The position numbers were made by a program, and so were the translations under genes. Below are positions 58,488-64,000 of a stretch of DNA of 64,000 bases, in pieces. The notes under the pieces are model-generated. The model was not told where the DNA came from. It worked only from the letters and a program-made list of their open reading frames with translations, and ran no database searches. Each line of letters begins with the position of its first letter. Positions within the stretch are counted from its first letter, which is position 1. The stretch comes from Octopus vulgaris (taxonomy: Eukaryota): the NCBI GenBank assembly GCA_951406725.2, contig OX597835.1, forward strand, positions 20,832,001 to 20,896,000. The letters run 5' to 3'.

Positions 58488-58728
58488 TGTGTGTATGTGT
58501 GTGTGTGTGTGTCTATGTATGTGAGTGAGACAGAGACAGAGAAATGTAGAGATATACTGGAAGAGAATAAAAGCGAATAATGCTGAGAGAAGTAATGAGA
58601 GAAGAAAACAAGATAACTCAAAGGAGACGAAATTCAACAACAACAAAAAAGAAAAGACAATAGTAAAAAGTGAAGTGACATTCAAAGGATCCTTCCCCAT
58701 TGTTAGGTCCAGAATTAAAAAAAAAAAG

Positions 58729-59048
58729 ACTCCGTCGGTTACGACGACGAGGGTCCCAGCTGATACGATCAACGGAACAACTTGCTCGTGAAATTAACGT
58801 GCAAATGGCTGAGCATTCCACAGACACGTGTACCCTTAACGTAGTTCTCGGGGATAATCAGCGTGACACAGAGAGTGACAAGGCTGACCCTTTGAAATAC
58901 AAGTTCAACTCATTTTTGCCAGCTGAGTGGACTGGAGCAACGTGAAATAAAGTGTCTTGCTCAAGGATACAACGCGTCGCCGGGAATCGAACTCACAACC
59001 TTACGATCATGAGCCGAATGCCCTAACCACTTAGCCACGCGCCCTCAC
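58729..59048 (-). mobile_element. Chimeric SINE (family D head plus family C tail) with 12-bp TSD
   Basis: TSD aggtccagaatt at 58705 and 59049; junction near 58900. Confidence 0.85.
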
Positions 59049-59506
59049 AGGTCCAGAATTTCACTCTCATGACTATAGTTGTGTAAAGTATATAACGGGT
59101 TACAAAACTGGTTCTTCTAATACTTAATCTCATTCCTAAATTTGCTAATACGTTCTTCTTGTTTAAATATTTGACGTTTTCGATAGATTTCTTCATATAA
59201 TTACATTAACGTCACCAGGATATATGATACTAAGAATTTTGTGACGTGTTACAGATCAATATCATATGTTTTGTCCTTCATCATATCTTTGGTGGTATGT
59301 TATCGCTGGTAAGACTAAAGTTTCTAAAATCAATAGTCAAGTCCGAAGTATTGCTTTAGTACAATGGTAGAACAGCTGCCATGTCTACAGAAGAGGCGCG
59401 TTCGAGTTCCAATAGTAGACTTCAACTTTTTTTCTTCCTCTTCGAAAATATATTTCATTCTAATTTTTAAATGCTTTTATATGTAAAATTATGTGCTCCG
59501 AGAGAA

Positions 59507-59956
59507 GGCGGCGAGCTGGCAGAAACGTTAGCACGCGGGGCGAAATGCGTAGCCGTATTTCGTTAGCCGTTACGGTCTGAGTTCAAATTCCGCCGAGGTC
59601 AACTCTGCCTTTCATCCTTTAGGGGTCGATTAAATAAGTACCAGTTACGCACTGGGGTCGATATAATCGACTTAATCCGTTTGTCTGTCCTTGATTGTCC
59701 CCTCTGTGTTTAGCCTCTTGTGGGCAGTAAAGAAATAGAAATAGGGATTTCGTCTGCATTAAAGAAATAAGAAACGTTAGCACGCCGAGCAACATGCTTA
59801 GCGGGATTTAGTCCGTCTTTACGTTCTGAATTCAAATTCCGCCGAGATAGACATTGCCATTCATCCTTTCGGGGTCCTAAATTGTGTACTGGGGTCGATC
59901 TAATCGACTGGCTCCCTCCCCAAAATATTTCGTGCCTTGTGCCCAGAGTAGAAAAG
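59507..59956 (+). mobile_element. SINE B composite (young unit plus older variant unit) within one 16-bp TSD
   Basis: attatgt(g/a)ctccgaga at 59488 and 59957. Confidence 0.85.
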
Positions 59957-60150
59957 ATTATGTACTCCGAGATCCAATTCCAAAATGAAATTACTTCCCG
60001 TTCTCTCGAACGTTATGAAACGTTTTAACGTAAACAGTATATATTATTATACATATTATATACACAAACAATTGCAGCGTGGAAGGTGTTTGTAAGCCAT
60101 TTAAGAAACACACAAAAGCCGTTAGATTCACTTCAACATTTAAGTTTAAT

Positions 60151-60199
60151 TTGTCAAAATATTTTCGTCGCTTTAAGACCGCGACCTGTTCACTGACAA
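60151..60199 (-). ncRNA. Minimal type I hammerhead with G3:C8 core (GUGAACA)
   Basis: TTGTCA-GTGAACA-G-GTCGC-GGTCTTAAA-GCGAC-GAAA-ATAT-TT-TGACAA. Confidence 0.7.
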
Positions 60200-60222
60200 A
60201 AATCCGTGCTGCATCTCGATTT

Positions 60223-60271
60223 TTGTCAGTGAAGAGGTCGCGGTCTTATAGCGACGAAAATATTTTGACAA
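60223..60271 (+). ncRNA. Second copy of the same hammerhead, core GUGAAGA (3:8 pair broken)
   Basis: Inverted copy with C8 replaced by G. Confidence 0.55.
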
Positions 60272-61338
60272 ATTAAACTTAAATATTGAAGTGAATCTAA
60301 CGGCTTTTGTGTGTTTCTTAAATGGCTTACAAATACCTTCCACGCTGCAATTGTTTTCGTTTCAGCACACAATCTCAGATCAAATCACTTGCTATGCGAG
60401 TACATCTCCGTAATATATACACAAATAATGCAAGAAATAATTAAAGCATGTAAGCTACAGGATATGTTGTAAATTCTGGCAGGTGCAATGACAAGAATAT
60501 TGAGAATTTTGGACGTTATTCCGGAAGGGAGAGGGACCGGTGTTTGGCCATATGTAATACATGCAAAAATGATGTCGTGTAGTTAGACAACGAGAAAAAT
60601 TATCTCTCCTGTTTCGAAATTTGACCGGTAGGGTGAATATCTTAAATTTTTTAGTAATTGATTTCGAACCTGCTAGTATGGGCTGTCAACTACGAACCTT
60701 GAATACATCAACAAACTATTTTTGCAGAACCCACAAATATATCAGTATGCCCGTCATTGACTAATCCAACCAAATATCATTTCAGTATTGAAAATTACGT
60801 TGAGTTTATCGAACGAAATTTTGTGTCGACAAACAGTATTCATATCGAGGATTTTGGGAGCATGTTTTTTCCCTTCTTTTCCTTTCGATTGTTATTCCCT
60901 TAATGTTAACCGTAGAACAGAGTCACTTTAATGTTCCGAAAGCTGTGAAAAGGCAGGAATATAACTAGACTTTTACTGCATTCGGCAGTAGTGTTTTTCG
61001 TTTAGAGTTTGAATCTTATATCAACATGGCGGTCAAGTGAAGTGCGTCGTGTTTCATGCCAGAAAACAATTTGTTACCCGTAATTATCAACGCTCGCCTC
61101 AACCAACAATACCCAAAGAACACACTGATGCTTTACTTTAATATTTTGTTTCTTTCGTCTGTCACAATATATATGCATACATCTGTATGCATTCATGCAC
61201 ACACACACACAGACACATACACTCTCACGCTCATACATATGAAATGTATTACTTAGATAAGTATTTCTACATGTATATACGTATATACACGCATGTGCAT
61301 ATATTCAACAGAAACAGATGTATGTTATACCTAAATGT

Positions 61339-61411
<73 letters not shown>

Positions 61412-61508
61412 TTGTGTGTGTATACATATCTATCTATATATCTACCTATATATATGTACATATATATATATATATATACTTATATATATATATGTATACA
61501 TATATGTG

Positions 61509-61565
<57 letters not shown>

Positions 61566-61939
61566 ATATAATTATATTATATATATATATATATATTTGC
61601 GTGCATACCAGCATATACTTACATACGTGTGTGTACATGTGGGAGCCTCTTTGTGTGTGCCTGTGTGTGTTTGTGTGTGTGTTTGTGTGTGTATGTGTGT
61701 GTGTGTATGTGTGTGTGCATTTGTGCGTGTGCGCATGTGCTTGGCTACATATGAAATTAACTTTTCCTGTGAATCGGTATTATCAATTTAACTCGACTTG
61801 AAATTTTTATTGCTATCGATATGATTAGTGTAATAATCTATTTAGGACATCGTTATTATTGTTTTCCATTGTTATCGCTATTATTATCATCAATATTATT
61901 TATATTATTATCAAAATCATCATCATCAAGACCATAATG

Positions 61940-61977
61940 ATCAGTAGTATTAGTATTATTAATATTATTATTATTAT

Positions 61978-62016
<39 letters not shown>

Positions 62017-62020
62017 AAGC

Positions 62021-62079
<59 letters not shown>

Positions 62080-62148
62080 AAGCAGTAGTAATAGTAGTAG
62101 TAATAGTAGTAGTATTAGTATTAGAAACAGCAGTAGTAATAGTAGTAA

Positions 62149-62184
<36 letters not shown>

Positions 62185-62376
62185 CAGCAGCAGTAGTAAT
62201 AGTAGTAGTATTAGTAGTGGTGGTAATAGCAGCAGCAGATGCAATTAATATCATATAACTATTATGATTATCCTTGTCGTCGCTGTAGTGCCGGATCATC
62301 GCTAATAAAATAACTATTATCAGAACCACCGCCCACCAACAATGTCCCTCCTCCCCCTCGTCCTCCTCCTCCTCTA

Positions 62377-62410
<34 letters not shown>

Positions 62411-63160
62411 GCATCATTGTCATCGTCATCAGTGTCGTTACAGGCATCATCGTCATCGTCATCATCATCATCATCATCATTATTTCAATATACAATTACA
62501 CTCGATGTAAACGTTGCCATTGTTTTCACCACTCTCGCCTCCATATTTTGGAACCGGCCCACAGACTCTACTCTCTTCAGCGCTTATTGCTATAATGTTG
62601 CCATTAAACCTGATAATAAAACATTTATTAGAGCAGAACATGAGACGATATCAAATTAATATGATTTTCTTAACTACTATCTTTCATGCCGATAATATGT
62701 TTCTCGGTCATACCAGTAACGCTATGATTTACCCCGGCTATAAAACACTAATAAAACAACAACTACGACGGCTATGATGATGTTGATGATGATGATGATG
62801 ATGACGATGATGATGATGATGGTGGTGATGATGATGTTGATGGTGATGATGATGATGATGATGATGATGATGACGACGACCATGATGATGACGTTGATGA
62901 ACATGATGACGATGGTGATGATGATGACGATGATGATGATGATGATGATGATGCTGATGATGACGACGATGATGACGATGATGATGATGATGATGATGAT
63001 GACGATGATGACGGTGATCATGAAGAGGATGACGATGATGATGACGACCCCCACGAGGAGCACGACGACTACGATGATGATTATGAAGTTGTTGTTGTTG
63101 TTGGTGGTGGTGGTGGTGGTCATTGTCGTTACAGACATCATCATCATCATCATTATTTGA
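61940..63160. repeat. (TAG)n, (ATC)n and (GAT)n microsatellite cluster
   Basis: Directly visible. Confidence 0.9.
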
Positions 63161-63277
63161 ATATACAATTACGCTTGATGTAAACTTTGCAATTGTTTCA
63201 CCACTATCACCTGGTGGTGGTGGTGATGATGATGACCACCACCATCACGATGTCAACGACGACCCCGATGACTCATG

Positions 63278-63379
63278 AAGCTTTGGTCTGCCCGAGGCTA
63301 TAGTAGAAGACACATGCCCAAGGTGCCACGCAGTGGGACTGAACCCGGGACCCACGTACCACACAGCCACTCCTGTGCG
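63278..63379 (-). mobile_element. SINE A 5' fragment
   Basis: gcccaaggtgccacgcagtgggactgaacccgg...taccacacagccactcctgtgc. Confidence 0.8.
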
Positions 63380-63499
63380 ATACAGGGGTCGATAAAATAA
63401 GTTTCTTCAGCTCTGTTTATTGCAAGAACCAGCAAGATTTCTTTCTCTGACGTTTCACATATTTCGACCTACAAGAGCTAACGTGTGAGAAACTAGATA

Positions 63500-63615
63500 G
63501 GAATTTTGAAAGTCCCTATAAAACCACTTTTTGAACATCGAACGACTATGGGAATCCACCAGAATAAAATAGCAATCAAATGGGACCATGAGTAATAAGT
63601 GGTTGAGAACCACTG
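63500..63615 (-). mobile_element. Possible hAT/Charlie-type MITE end
   Basis: Minus strand begins cagtggttctcaacc, a typical Charlie TIR; partner TIR not found. Confidence 0.45.
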
Positions 63616-63960
63616 ACTTAGACTATCTACTTTCTCTCTCTTACATATATTTATATATGCTACAGTACAACATAGATGATATTCACGGGCTTTACTCAAC
63701 GCTATAAAAATGGGATAGGCGTATTCATCTTGTATTAATATATCACAAGACTGACAGAAATTCTGTTGAAAATTATGGATATATCCTGTAGTGAAGAATC
63801 GCATTGAATGAAAACACTGCTGAGGCAATGTGTGTGTGTGAGTGTGTGTGTGCTAATGTGTGTACACTTGTTTTATAAATATATATATACACACACGAAC
63901 GCATATATATATATATATATTCATATATACATACACACACACACATATATTCATACATTT

Positions 63961-64000
<40 letters not shown>

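Larger units (their letters stand above)
60066..60415. mobile_element. Fold-back Penelope-type terminal element, 139-bp arms each carrying a hammerhead
   Basis: 60066-60204 vs 60218-60356, 13-bp spacer; right arm continues to a TA-rich end. Confidence 0.8.

Overview
This is AT-rich, repeat-saturated eukaryotic DNA with no supportable host protein-coding gene; nearly all listed ORFs are microsatellite read-throughs. The SINE types and microsatellite load suggest a cephalopod (octopus-like) genome, which is inference from recalled repeat families. The window holds about 30 tRNA-type SINE copies in four families (labelled A-D here), decayed CR1-group and RTE LINE ends, a Gypsy integrase remnant, mariner remnants, a non-autonomous Helitron and a Penelope-like (GIY-YIG) remnant. 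The most interesting signal is a hammerhead-ribozyme (HHR) retroelement system. It includes a near-identical tandem-plus-inverted array of a 474-bp unit carrying a type I HHR (14866-16352, retrozyme-like), a second head-to-head element whose HHR has a compensatory G3:C8 core (60066-60356), several minimal Penelope-type HHRs with non-canonical cores, and at least eight fold-back insertions in or next to TA-rich tracts. All ribozyme folds were read by eye and are untested.
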